From Bacteroidales bacterium (GTDB lineage Bacteria; Bacteroidota; Bacteroidia; Bacteroidales; JAADJA01), in contig JAGQVF010000059.1 of the NCBI GenBank assembly GCA_020438135.1, positions 4,216-64,371 on the forward strand: a stretch of DNA of 60,156 nucleotides. Direction: 5' to 3'. A program made the position numbers and the translations under genes. Below, piece by piece: positions 42,450 through 51,841 of the stretch (within the stretch, counting starts at the first letter, position 1; each line of letters starts with the position of its first letter). The notes beneath the pieces are model-generated. The model was not told the origin of the DNA. It worked only from the letters and a program-made list of their open reading frames with translations, and did not search any database.

Positions 42450-43577
42450 TTAGTTATTCAGCAATAAAGATAATCTGACCTTGCCGCTTAAACTCGGATT
42501 TTCGGATAAATGTTCCAACAATCTTTCAACAGCGATATCCACTCCATTCTTATTCCAATGCGTATCAGTCCCGTAAAAGAGTTGCCTATCCGATCGGGCA
42601 AAATCATCATAAACATTTACATATTTGATATTTCTTTTTTCCATTTCGTTATAGAGCCTGGGAAGAAAATTATCATAATCTGCATCAGGATCAATTTTGT
42701 CGTAATATAAGGTGTACTTGTTTGGTATTGGCAGAAAAAGCATGTCAAGGTTAAAGTCCTTTTTAAGTTTGTTAGCCAAATCTGTGATATTGTCGCAGTA
42801 AGTATCGATCATTTCATCGGTATGCTCATAATAAAAGCTGGTATAGCTGTCGTTTACCGTGAGATCATAAAACAACACCGGATATCCAAATTGGTCCAGG
42901 TCATACACAGGAGTTCGGGATGAAATGTAACCGAGCGCATCAAATTTGAACGTTGCAATATTTGTATACAGCCACTCAGTCAGATAACTTCCCTTGAGCA
43001 TAACCGAATACAATTCTTCGTCATTTTCAGGAAATATGAATTTTTTGACTTTGTTACCCATTCCTCTAAAACCAACATGGGGTTCAGGTGGATTTAAGGT
43101 GAGTGTTCGGGTATGTGGTTGTTTAAACCGGAATGGGATATTCCTTTCCACAACTTCAAAAATGATAACTTTCGGATCAGCTTTTTCATAACCAATATGA
43201 TAGAAATAGCTGTAAGGAAACCAGGCATTAACAGCATGAACAGCCACATCCAAAGTGTCGTGCAGTCTTTCTGCAACGGTTTTTTGCCTGTTGAAGTCAA
43301 AAAAACTGTCACCAAAGGCGATGATATCAGCATCCTGTGCTGAAGATTGTTTTTCAGACAAACGGTATTTTCCTTTGGGAAATGGAAGCTCTTCGCGGAA
43401 ATGTTTGATCTGACTGAAATAATACAGCTCACCGTATTTGGTGAATTCAAAATAGTCAGGATGTCTGTCTTCGATCAGGACAAGATTGAACATCGGCAGA
43501 ATACGCACTGCAAAAAATGCATACAAACCGATGATACCGGCAATATAGATCAGATATTTCAGCAGTTTTTCATTCAT
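42450..43577 (-). CDS. AlgJ/AlgX-like (DHHW-type, SGNH-like) polysaccharide O-acetyltransferase, membrane anchored
   Basis: N-terminal TM helix, GDSFFDF and GTDTHWN motifs, and a position immediately downstream of the MBOAT gene. The start was trimmed to MNEKLLKY at 43577. Confidence 0.65.
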   Translation of the reverse strand: MNEKLLKYLIYIAGIIGLYAFFAVRILPMFNLVLIEDRHPDYFEFTKYGELYYFSQIKHFREELPFPKGKYRLSEKQSSAQDADIIAFGDSFFDFNRQKTVAERLHDTLDVAVHAVNAWFPYSYFYHIGYEKADPKVIIFEVVERNIPFRFKQPHTRTLTLNPPEPHVGFRGMGNKVKKFIFPENDEELYSVMLKGSYLTEWLYTNIATFKFDALGYISSRTPVYDLDQFGYPVLFYDLTVNDSYTSFYYEHTDEMIDTYCDNITDLANKLKKDFNLDMLFLPIPNKYTLYYDKIDPDADYDNFLPRLYNEMEKRNIKYVNVYDDFARSDRQLFYGTDTHWNKNGVDIAVERLLEHLSENPSLSGKVRLSLLLNN

Positions 43578-43581
43578 ACGT

Positions 43582-45024
43582 TTAAAACTGAAAATATAGA
43601 AAATCGCTTTCATCCCATTTGCCAAGGACAAAAATCATTAGCACAATAATAATAAATATTACCCATTTGATAAGCCTTGTTTGATTTGCCAAACGGCCAT
43701 TGAGGCTGTAATATTCCTGCAGAATTTCAACCATCATCAGAAATCCGATCAATCCGAATGCAAGGTAAAAATCAGAAGCAAAATGGAATAACTGTGTGGC
43801 TCCGCCATAAGTTGAGAAATCAAGGATATTTCCAATGATCAGGATAGCATCCTGTATCGAATTTGCTCTGAAAAATATCCATGCAAAATAAACAAGGGCA
43901 AATGTCCAGGCCAGGTTGATTAAATTATTGATCCATTTAAATCTATACAATCCTGCAGCGAGCGCTAATTTATCACGTGACTTGGCTGTTACAATGGCCA
44001 AAACAAGATAAGACCCGTGCAGTGCTCCCCAAATAACAAATGTCCAGTTGGCTCCGTGCCATAAGCCACTTATCAGGAAAGTAATAAAAAGATTGTAGTA
44101 CCACCGCCATTTCACAACCCTGTTTCCACCCAGCGGAATATACAGATAATCGCGAAACCAGGTCGACAGGGAAATGTGCCATCGCGACCAGAATTCACGA
44201 ATGCTTTTTGATAAATAGGGCCTTCGGAAGTTGGTCATCAGATCGTAGCCAAGAACCATTGCCGATCCGATCGCAATGTCAGAGTACCCTGAAAAATCAC
44301 AATAAATCTGACTTCCGAAGAAGAACGTTGCGATAAGGTCCTGTAAACCACCATAATCATGTGGATTGTTATACACCTGGTTCACATATTCAGCGAGACG
44401 GTCGGCAATTACCACTTTTTTGAAAAATCCCCATGCCATCAGTACGATACCGGTTTTTATCCGGTTATAGTCGAATGTGAAAACCTGGTGAAACTGCGGT
44501 AATAACCTGGCTGATCGTTCTATCGGTCCGGCAACCAATTGAGGGAAAAATGCAACATAGAGGGCAAATATACCGAAATGTTTTTCGGGTTCTTTTTTGC
44601 CCATATACACGTCAATGGTGTAGCTCAATGTTTGAAATGTATAAAACGAAATACCCACAGGGAGCAAAAATGCATATTCAGGGACGTTGTAAAAAATATT
44701 CAGACTGTCGAAAACTGCATTTACATTTTCTCCGAAAAAATTAAAATATTTAAAGAAAAACAACAATCCCAGATTGGAGAACAGGCTGGCGAATAAATAA
44801 AACTTCTTTGTTCGTTTGCTTTTTGCAGCAAACATGGCACGGGCTGCAACGTAATCAACCAGGGTTGAAAAGATGATCAGAATAATGTATTTGTAGTTCC
44901 AGCACATATAAAAATAGTAGCTGGCGATCAGTAATAAAATCCATCTGAACCTTGAGGGTAGCGCAAAATATGCGGCCACCACTAATGGAAAGAAAACTAT
45001 AAATTCAAGTGAATTAAATAACAT
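43582..45024 (-). CDS. MBOAT-family membrane O-acyltransferase (AlgI/DltB-like)
   Basis: MLFNSLEFIVFFP N-terminus, SFYTFQ, FWSRWHISLSTWFRDYLYIPLGGNR (catalytic His context), and LISGLWHGA. Confidence 0.9.
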   Translation of the reverse strand: MLFNSLEFIVFFPLVVAAYFALPSRFRWILLLIASYYFYMCWNYKYIILIIFSTLVDYVAARAMFAAKSKRTKKFYLFASLFSNLGLLFFFKYFNFFGENVNAVFDSLNIFYNVPEYAFLLPVGISFYTFQTLSYTIDVYMGKKEPEKHFGIFALYVAFFPQLVAGPIERSARLLPQFHQVFTFDYNRIKTGIVLMAWGFFKKVVIADRLAEYVNQVYNNPHDYGGLQDLIATFFFGSQIYCDFSGYSDIAIGSAMVLGYDLMTNFRRPYLSKSIREFWSRWHISLSTWFRDYLYIPLGGNRVVKWRWYYNLFITFLISGLWHGANWTFVIWGALHGSYLVLAIVTAKSRDKLALAAGLYRFKWINNLINLAWTFALVYFAWIFFRANSIQDAILIIGNILDFSTYGGATQLFHFASDFYLAFGLIGFLMMVEILQEYYSLNGRLANQTRLIKWVIFIIIVLMIFVLGKWDESDFLYFQF

Positions 45025-45072
45025 TTGTTTTGGTTTGAATAAACAACATTATCTGATTTCCCTTGCGGTTTA

Positions 45073-45906
45073 TTACGTTTTGATTTTTGTTAGCAAATAT
45101 GCTCCTTTTTCGGTGTCTATCCATTCTTCGGTGTAATGGCTATATTCATTCAACCATTGTTTAACAACCTCACTATCTTCTTCTCTTTTGCAATCATCGA
45201 TTAAAATAATGGCCTTGTTATTCAGGTTTTTATCCAAGAGTGGCAAAGCCGGATACCGCGATTTCGGCTGAAGTTGAAAAGGCGGACCGTCGATGATCAG
45301 CATATCAAATAGTTGCCCGTTTCCGATCCCGCTGTAATCGTACCATTGCCAGGTATTATTATGGATGGAATGTGAAATGAGCTCGCTTTGAAGTATGGTT
45401 ACATATTCCGAAAGATTATTTTTTTCCAGTTGAGTCTGCGTTTTTTTCGCATATTCAGCGTCGTGTTCAAGGGTGTAAAGATGCCCGCTTCCTCTTTGCT
45501 TCAGGAGGTAGCCAATAATAATTGTGCTAACACCGCTACCACATTCGAGGATCTGTTCAGCTTTGTTGTTCCTGATTTTTTTCAGGATGATGGAAGCAAA
45601 ATCCGGAGAAATGGCCCATCCACGGAAAGGCGGGAGTATGCCATCGATCTTTAGTAAATTGTATATAGCAAAAAGGGATTCAATCTGGCTGTATTGTGCA
45701 AAGATCTCCGTATTTAGAAACTCGGTTTTTTTGTCAATTTTATCTGAAATATGTTTGGTTGCATAATATACGAAAAGGAAAATGCCTGTAAAAGAAACGA
45801 TTGCCAGGAAGGTGTAAACTATCCTTTCCGGTAACAATACCGCAGAAAGAATGGCTACAAAAATATATAGCAGGAGTGTGATTATGATCAGAGTCAGCTT
45901 GTTCAT
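45073..45906 (-). CDS. Membrane-anchored class I SAM-dependent methyltransferase (Methyltransf_24/O-MT-like)
   Basis: Two N-terminal TM helices, then ILECGSGVSTI (motif I), LYTLEHD, and FDMLIIDGPP. Confidence 0.7.
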   Translation of the reverse strand: MNKLTLIIITLLLYIFVAILSAVLLPERIVYTFLAIVSFTGIFLFVYYATKHISDKIDKKTEFLNTEIFAQYSQIESLFAIYNLLKIDGILPPFRGWAISPDFASIILKKIRNNKAEQILECGSGVSTIIIGYLLKQRGSGHLYTLEHDAEYAKKTQTQLEKNNLSEYVTILQSELISHSIHNNTWQWYDYSGIGNGQLFDMLIIDGPPFQLQPKSRYPALPLLDKNLNNKAIILIDDCKREEDSEVVKQWLNEYSHYTEEWIDTEKGAYLLTKIKT

Positions 45907-45955
45907 ATTAGCAAATTAGCGTTTTAAGTAAAGTATTATTAAAACAAATTTCAGA

Positions 45956-48394
45956 TCATTTCCGCTTGAATGATATTAATCTTCTGAAGAATCCTTTTTT
46001 CTTTTCATTTACATAATAGGCCGATTGATAAGCATAGCCATAGTTGTTCTTCTTGATTTTAATATCATTCAGCAGGATTGAAACGTCTTCAATATTTTTC
46101 CTCTTGATGTTTTTGAGATTGGCTTTAACGGCTTCTTTAATCGTATAGCCCTGACGGATGGTAAAGATATTAATATCGGCATAGCTGAATAAAAGGAAAG
46201 AATCGGTTACGGCTCCAATGGGGGAGGAGTCGATGATGATGTAGTCGTATCGTTTTTTTAATTCGGTGAAGAAATCAGCAGTTCGCTGAGATGCGATCAA
46301 TTCTACCGGATTAGGTGGGATCGGTCCGGCTGAGATAAGGTCGAGATTTTTGATTTGGGTAGGTTGTATAATTTCGTCGATGTCGTGGCTTTTGATCAGA
46401 AAAGAAGTAATCCCCTTTTCATTTTTAAGTCCGAGGTCTTTATAGAGTGCAGGTCGCCTGAGGTCAAATCCCAGTAAACAGGTTTTTTTACCCAGCAGGG
46501 CATACACCGACGCCAGGTTGATGCTGCAAAATGATTTTCCTTCACCGCTCATTGATGAGGTTAATAAAATGATCATCTTGTCGTCGCCCCTGGAGAAGAA
46601 TTTCAGATTTGTTCGAATTGATCTGAATGAATCTGCAAGCGGCGATTTGGGGTAATCTTTAATGATCGCATTGGATTTGTACTTATTGTGCAGCACCTGT
46701 CCGATAACCGGCATGTTAGTAAGAAATTCAATGTCTTTTATATCGCTCACCTTGTTGTTAAGGAAATCCCTCACCACGATGTAAATAAATGGAAAGAACA
46801 AGCCGAGGAAGATAGCAATGATGTAATTAAGCATCTTTTTAGGGGCGATTAAACCGGCTTTAAAATATTGTGCTTCCTCGATGATTTCGTAATCGCTGGT
46901 GTTGGATGCCTGTGCAATTTGTGCTTCGGCCCTCTTCTGCAGCAGGAAGGTATAAATGGCATCGTTTAGTTTAAATTGCCTTTCCATTCCTATCAATTCT
47001 CTTTCGGTTCGCGGCAAACTCGAAATCTGGCTGTTCAGTTTTGCCATACGGCTATCAATATCCTGTAAAGCAATCTCTGTTGTTTTTGTATTGTAGCGGA
47101 TATTTTCAAGAATAGTGCTTTTCAGGTTTTCAATTTGTATTTCAAGATCTTTAAGGAACAAATTCTTGGATTGGTCTTGTTGCAGATAATTCATACGTTG
47201 CGAGTTGAGACTAAGCAGGTTGCTGATCAACTCATTTAATACCGGATCCTGAACTTCCATGGAAGAAGGAGCTACCAGGTCGGATACATCATTATTGCGT
47301 TCAAAATACTCTTGTATGTAGTTATAGTATTTTTGTTTAACAAGGATTGTGGCACGATCATTCTCCAGTGAATTGATTTTTTCGTACAACTTCTGCCCCT
47401 GGAAACTCAGATTCATTACCTGTTTGGAGGTTCTGAAATTCTGTAGTTTATTTTCTGCATACATCAGCGAATCAGCAATATCTGCTATTCGTGAATCGAT
47501 AAATTTCACAGTATTGAACGCGATCTTATTCTTCTTTTCAAGATTTCGTTCAAGATATACTTTGGTTAGCGAATTGAGAAAATCAGTGATTTTGGCCGGA
47601 TGTGTTCCTGAAAGGGTAACCTGAACCAATGATGAGGTTGCCGAAAGTGTTCCGACACCGACTCTCGCCTGGTAGTTACCGGCCATCCAAATCAGGTTGT
47701 TGAATGAAAAATACAAACGTTTTTCACGAAATTGTGCCGGGATATAGTTTTCAAGCAGATGAACACTGAAACTGTAATTCGGTCCAACGATTTTATCACC
47801 GAATTTGAGAACCCTGTTGATACTGATAGAATCGATATAATCAGTCACCTCATTGGTGAGGTAGTTATACAATCCCACTCTTTCGCCAGTAGCCTGCAAC
47901 CTGTAAGTACTATCGTTGATCACATCCACGTATAACCGCACGCCAACAGGCTGTAGATGCGTTTGATCCATAATTACATGGATGGGTGCACTTTTGTAAA
48001 GCTCAGTATACGATTTAAAGGGAAGAAAATCAAAGGGAAACATGTTTTGCTCCGTGCCGTAGGTCGTTTCGAGATTTAATTCCAGAACGGCCTGATTGAT
48101 AACCGGAAACGATTTAATAATTGTAAGTTCATTTTCAACATTGCTGATTCCTCCAAACAGATCGAAGCTTTGCATAAGGTCTCCCGAGCCGCCCATTAAT
48201 CCTCCCCGTTTTTCTTCTTTAACCAGTAATATGGTTTTGTTGAAATATTTTGGAGTGCTGTATTTATTGGCGAGATAAGCAAATCCGATGGCAATGATTA
48301 CTGTTATGATAAAATAATGCTTGTATCGTAACAGGTTAAATATTATCTCCTTGATATCGGTTTTTTGCTGGAATATTTCTTCGGATGAATCCAC
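45956..48394 (-). CDS. wzc: Polysaccharide co-polymerase / BY-tyrosine autokinase (Wzc-type, PCP-2a)
   Basis: Two TM helices flank a coiled-coil periplasmic domain. Walker A SGEGKSF, Walker A' LLGFDLRRP, Walker B YIIIDSSP, and a C-terminal Tyr cluster NNYGYAYQSAYY. Confidence 0.9.
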   Translation of the reverse strand: MDSSEEIFQQKTDIKEIIFNLLRYKHYFIITVIIAIGFAYLANKYSTPKYFNKTILLVKEEKRGGLMGGSGDLMQSFDLFGGISNVENELTIIKSFPVINQAVLELNLETTYGTEQNMFPFDFLPFKSYTELYKSAPIHVIMDQTHLQPVGVRLYVDVINDSTYRLQATGERVGLYNYLTNEVTDYIDSISINRVLKFGDKIVGPNYSFSVHLLENYIPAQFREKRLYFSFNNLIWMAGNYQARVGVGTLSATSSLVQVTLSGTHPAKITDFLNSLTKVYLERNLEKKNKIAFNTVKFIDSRIADIADSLMYAENKLQNFRTSKQVMNLSFQGQKLYEKINSLENDRATILVKQKYYNYIQEYFERNNDVSDLVAPSSMEVQDPVLNELISNLLSLNSQRMNYLQQDQSKNLFLKDLEIQIENLKSTILENIRYNTKTTEIALQDIDSRMAKLNSQISSLPRTERELIGMERQFKLNDAIYTFLLQKRAEAQIAQASNTSDYEIIEEAQYFKAGLIAPKKMLNYIIAIFLGLFFPFIYIVVRDFLNNKVSDIKDIEFLTNMPVIGQVLHNKYKSNAIIKDYPKSPLADSFRSIRTNLKFFSRGDDKMIILLTSSMSGEGKSFCSINLASVYALLGKKTCLLGFDLRRPALYKDLGLKNEKGITSFLIKSHDIDEIIQPTQIKNLDLISAGPIPPNPVELIASQRTADFFTELKKRYDYIIIDSSPIGAVTDSFLLFSYADINIFTIRQGYTIKEAVKANLKNIKRKNIEDVSILLNDIKIKKNNYGYAYQSAYYVNEKKKGFFRRLISFKRK

Positions 48395-48405
48395 TCAGTT
48401 GTTTT

Positions 48406-49164
48406 TTAGTTTCTAAATAGCAAATACAGGGTTACAGCAGTGGTTATGGTGGTTAAAAATACAGGTACATTTACCAGGCTCAGGTTTCTGAATTTTTGTC
48501 TGATGGGTCTCACAATGATCACGTCATTGGGGATGATGTAATAAAATTCAGACGAAACAATATTTTTATCAGTCAGGTCCAGGTAATGATAGTTGATTTT
48601 ATTATTTGCCTCTCTTACCAGGATGATGGTTTCTTTGTTTCCATATTCCGTAAAACCTCCGGCATACGCAATTGCCTGGAAAACTGTAACCTGGTCTCTG
48701 TAGAATGCATGTTCGCCCGGCCTTCTGACCTCACCCAGCACCGTTACGGCATTATTAACAAACTTTACGGAAATGGAAATATTGGGCAAATATTCACTTA
48801 CCAGTTTCTCTATCGTTTCCTGAGCCTCATTCAGGGTCATATCCTTTACAAATATTTTTCCTACAAATGGAAAATCAACATAGCCCGATTGGTCAATTGT
48901 ATAGCTTAACAGGTTAATGTTCGATTGGGATGCAGCACCACTCCCCATCGAAAAAATATTGGCTGTTTTCTCGTCAATACTGCTTACCTTAATGTATATG
49001 TTGTCGAATGGTTGTATGGTTTTCTCAGGACGTACATTTACATATTCATTTTTTTCATCTTTGGGTTTTTGATCATGGGTATAGATCAGTTTTTTACGTG
49101 GAATGCATGAGGATAGCACCGCAATTATCAGAATAACCTCTGTCAGTATGAAAACCCTTTTCAA
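48406..49164 (-). CDS. wza: Polysaccharide export outer-membrane lipoprotein (Wza-like: Poly_export + SLBB)
   Basis: Lipobox AVLSSC, SGYVDFPFVGKIFVKDMTLNEAQETI (Poly_export), and VTVLGEVRRPG. The start as read from the sequence is TTG. Confidence 0.85.
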   Translation of the reverse strand: MKRVFILTEVILIIAVLSSCIPRKKLIYTHDQKPKDEKNEYVNVRPEKTIQPFDNIYIKVSSIDEKTANIFSMGSGAASQSNINLLSYTIDQSGYVDFPFVGKIFVKDMTLNEAQETIEKLVSEYLPNISISVKFVNNAVTVLGEVRRPGEHAFYRDQVTVFQAIAYAGGFTEYGNKETIILVREANNKINYHYLDLTDKNIVSSEFYYIIPNDVIIVRPIRQKFRNLSLVNVPVFLTTITTAVTLYLLFRN

Positions 49165-49185
49165 TCCGCGATAATTTAATGTGGT

Positions 49186-49214
49186 AAAAAAAAAGTACCT
49201 AAATAGATAGGTAC
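49186..49214 (-). terminator. Candidate intrinsic terminator/attenuator between the initiating transferase gene and wza
   Basis: The minus strand reads GTACCTA-TCTATT-TAGGTAC followed directly by T9: a 7-bp stem, 6-nt loop and U9 tail. It lies 58 nt after the stop at 49272. Confidence 0.4.
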
Positions 49215-49271
49215 AAAATTAAGTTAAAATTGATGATTTCAAAATTTATTACCAATTTCCGGTTTGGGAAA

Positions 49272-50678
49272 CTATGAACCTGACCCTTTGAAAACAGTTT
49301 TTATTGTTTTGAAGAACAGCACCAGGTCAAGTTTGTTCGACCAGTTGTCGATGTAATGCAGATCCATTTTCATCCAGTCTTCAAAAGAAATGTCGTTACG
49401 GTTCGGTTTGATTTGCCAGGTACAGGTAATTCCCGGTTTCATCGATAAACGACGCAATTGCCATCTTTCGTACTGTTTAACTTCATCAGGAACCGGAGGC
49501 CTTGGTCCGACCAGGCTCATGTCGCCTTTCAGTACGTTGATAAATTGGGGTAACTCATCTAAACCTGATTTTCTGAGGAACCTGCCAATAGCAGTGATCC
49601 TGGGATCTTTTTTGATTTTAAAAACAGGTCCGTCTGCTTCGTTCAGTTCCATCAGGCTGGCTTTCAATTCTTCGGCGTTCACCACCATCGTCCTGAATTT
49701 ATACATATAGAAAGTACGCCCTCTTAACCCAACTCTCTTTTGTTTAAACATTACAGGGCCGGGACTTGTAAGCTTGATGCCGAGAGCGATCATTAACATA
49801 ACCGGCGACCAGATCAGTAAAATCAGAAAAGCTGCAGTTATTGAAAAGGTGTTTTTGACTTTCAGTGCGAAATGATCGGAAGGCGTATTGTCGAAGGTGA
49901 TAAATGGTGTGTCGTCGAAGTGGTTGAGGTGGGTTTTGGTATTGGATTTACTGAACAGTTGCGACTGCATTCGAAATACCACACCAACTTCCTGACAATC
50001 ATGTATGATGCTTTGCAGATTGGATTGATTGATATCGTTTTTGCAATAGATCACTTCATCAACAACATCAATGTCGATAAGATTTCTGAGGTTGATTCGT
50101 TCAGGATGAACACTGATGGTGTCTTTGTATTTCTTATAAAGATAACTCGAATTGGTTATGATATATTTGCAGATATATCCCCATTCCTTGTTGCTTAAAA
50201 TTCTTTCGATGAAATCTTCGGACGATTCATCCGCAATCACGATAACATTCCTTGAATTGTATCCTTTTACACGGAAATATTTTAAAATCCTGTATACAGA
50301 AATTCTCACTGCCACAAGGGAAATGAAATTAATCACTCCAAAAGAGAGGATTACCATCCTGCTGATGTTGTGAAGTTTAAACAGAAATACGGATAAGAAA
50401 ATGATTCCCATGCCAACGACAACTACCCGAAGGTAAGATGCCATGATCATTGAATACGTTTTTGTTCGGTGCAACTCTGCCATGTGTACCGATTTAATGA
50501 GAATAAACCAGGTAGGAATTATGAGCAGTGCTATTATGAGATATTCATTGCCTCCCGAGATGGGTGGTTCAAAAAATATGTCTCTGATTAAATATGCGGC
50601 AACAAACGATAATACTGATAAAATCACATCAGCTACACCGAGAATGTTATTGATTTGTTGCTCCCTTTCCTTTATCAT
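49272..50678 (-). CDS. WbaP/WcaJ-type undecaprenyl-phosphate hexose-1-phosphate transferase (large PGT)
   Basis: Four N-terminal TM helices, a central CoA_binding_3-like region, and a canonical C-terminal domain (KFRTM, DGPVFKIKKDPRIT, SGLDELPQFINVLKGDMSLVGPRP). Confidence 0.9.
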   Translation of the reverse strand: MIKEREQQINNILGVADVILSVLSFVAAYLIRDIFFEPPISGGNEYLIIALLIIPTWFILIKSVHMAELHRTKTYSMIMASYLRVVVVGMGIIFLSVFLFKLHNISRMVILSFGVINFISLVAVRISVYRILKYFRVKGYNSRNVIVIADESSEDFIERILSNKEWGYICKYIITNSSYLYKKYKDTISVHPERINLRNLIDIDVVDEVIYCKNDINQSNLQSIIHDCQEVGVVFRMQSQLFSKSNTKTHLNHFDDTPFITFDNTPSDHFALKVKNTFSITAAFLILLIWSPVMLMIALGIKLTSPGPVMFKQKRVGLRGRTFYMYKFRTMVVNAEELKASLMELNEADGPVFKIKKDPRITAIGRFLRKSGLDELPQFINVLKGDMSLVGPRPPVPDEVKQYERWQLRRLSMKPGITCTWQIKPNRNDISFEDWMKMDLHYIDNWSNKLDLVLFFKTIKTVFKGSGS

Positions 50679-50885
50679 AGTTGTTTGGTTCTATTTTTTT
50701 CAATTTAAAAGCTAGTCGAATTGTTTGTTTCAGTTTTGGCAAAAATCATTCCCAGTCGTTATCGGAATATAGAGCGTTGATTTTCAGTAATGTGTTTGTT
50801 AAAAAATTTCCATATTTGGGAGAAAATTATATTTTCTGGAATTTTATAAGGTTAATTAAACAATCGGTATCTGATAATGTTGATA

Positions 50886-50893
50886 TAAGTTTG
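50886..50893 (+). promoter_or_regulatory. Candidate -7 box TAAGTTTG for the divergent GT operon
   Basis: Matches TAnnTTTG and lies 62 nt upstream of the ATG at 50955. Confidence 0.25.
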
Positions 50894-50954
50894 TCAAAAC
50901 TTTTTACTGCTTCCCGTGTATAAATGCATTAAGAACTGAGAATCCGGAATACAA

Positions 50955-51818
50955 ATGAATGATTACATTATAGTTACACCTGTCAGGAACGAGGAGGATT
51001 ATTTTGGGAAAACGCTTGAATCTGTTGCCAATCAAACAATCAAGCCGAAGGAGTGGATAATCGTGAACGATGGAAGTACGGACAAAACACCAGATTTGAT
51101 CGATGATTACAGGTCGCAATACAGTTGGATCAAACGGGTTGACCGGCCTCAGAACGATCACAGACCCGGGCCCGGCGTTGTTCTGGCATTTTATGATGGC
51201 TTCGAAAAACGAACGGATAAAAATTTTGATTTCGTTATTAAGCTTGACGCCGATCTTTCATTTGAGCCGGATTACTTCGAATTTTTATTAAATGAATTTG
51301 CACAAAATCCGAAGATGGGAATGGCCAGTGGCACCACTTACAACGTCTTTGGCGAAAATCTCGTTATCGATAAAATGCCTGAAGATCACGTACGTGGCGC
51401 AGCAAAAATGTACAGGAAAGAATGTTTCGATCAAATTGGCGGGATTCAGGTTGTGCTGGGTTGGGATACGCTCGATGAACTCAAAGCACAGATGCTTGGT
51501 TGGGAAACCAGGAGTTACAAACACCTGGTTTTGAAGCACTACAAACCAATCGGTTTTAAACAAAAGAATACACTTAAAAGAGAATTATTGGCAGGAGAAA
51601 GATTAAATTATCTGGGGTATCATCCCCTGTTTGCCATACTTAAATGTTTCTATAATTTAAGAAGAAAGCCTTTTTTGGTAGGTGGAGCCCTGATGTTTGC
51701 GGGTTACCTGGGTGCTGTGCTGGGTGGAGGTGAAAAAAACCCGGATAAAGAAATGGTGAAATTCTACAGGAAAAAGCAGATGAAAAGGCTTTCAGAAATG
51801 GTTGGGTTTTCCAAATAA
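50955..51818 (+). CDS. Family-2 glycosyltransferase with C-terminal TM helices
   Basis: IIVTPVRNEEDY, IIVNDGSTDKT, KLDADLS (DxD), and a hydrophobic C-terminal segment. Confidence 0.85.
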   Translation: MNDYIIVTPVRNEEDYFGKTLESVANQTIKPKEWIIVNDGSTDKTPDLIDDYRSQYSWIKRVDRPQNDHRPGPGVVLAFYDGFEKRTDKNFDFVIKLDADLSFEPDYFEFLLNEFAQNPKMGMASGTTYNVFGENLVIDKMPEDHVRGAAKMYRKECFDQIGGIQVVLGWDTLDELKAQMLGWETRSYKHLVLKHYKPIGFKQKNTLKRELLAGERLNYLGYHPLFAILKCFYNLRRKPFLVGGALMFAGYLGAVLGGGEKNPDKEMVKFYRKKQMKRLSEMVGFSK

Positions 51819-51841
51819 TAGATATCCTAAACTAAAGAAAA

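Noticed and set aside
50679-50954. Bacteroides-style invertible promoter (flanking inverted repeats) or a upxY/upxZ antitermination pair at the head of the polysaccharide loci.
   Set aside because: No long flanking inverted repeats were seen, only the 17-bp local palindrome. No recombinase and no NusG-like ORF is present anywhere in the window.
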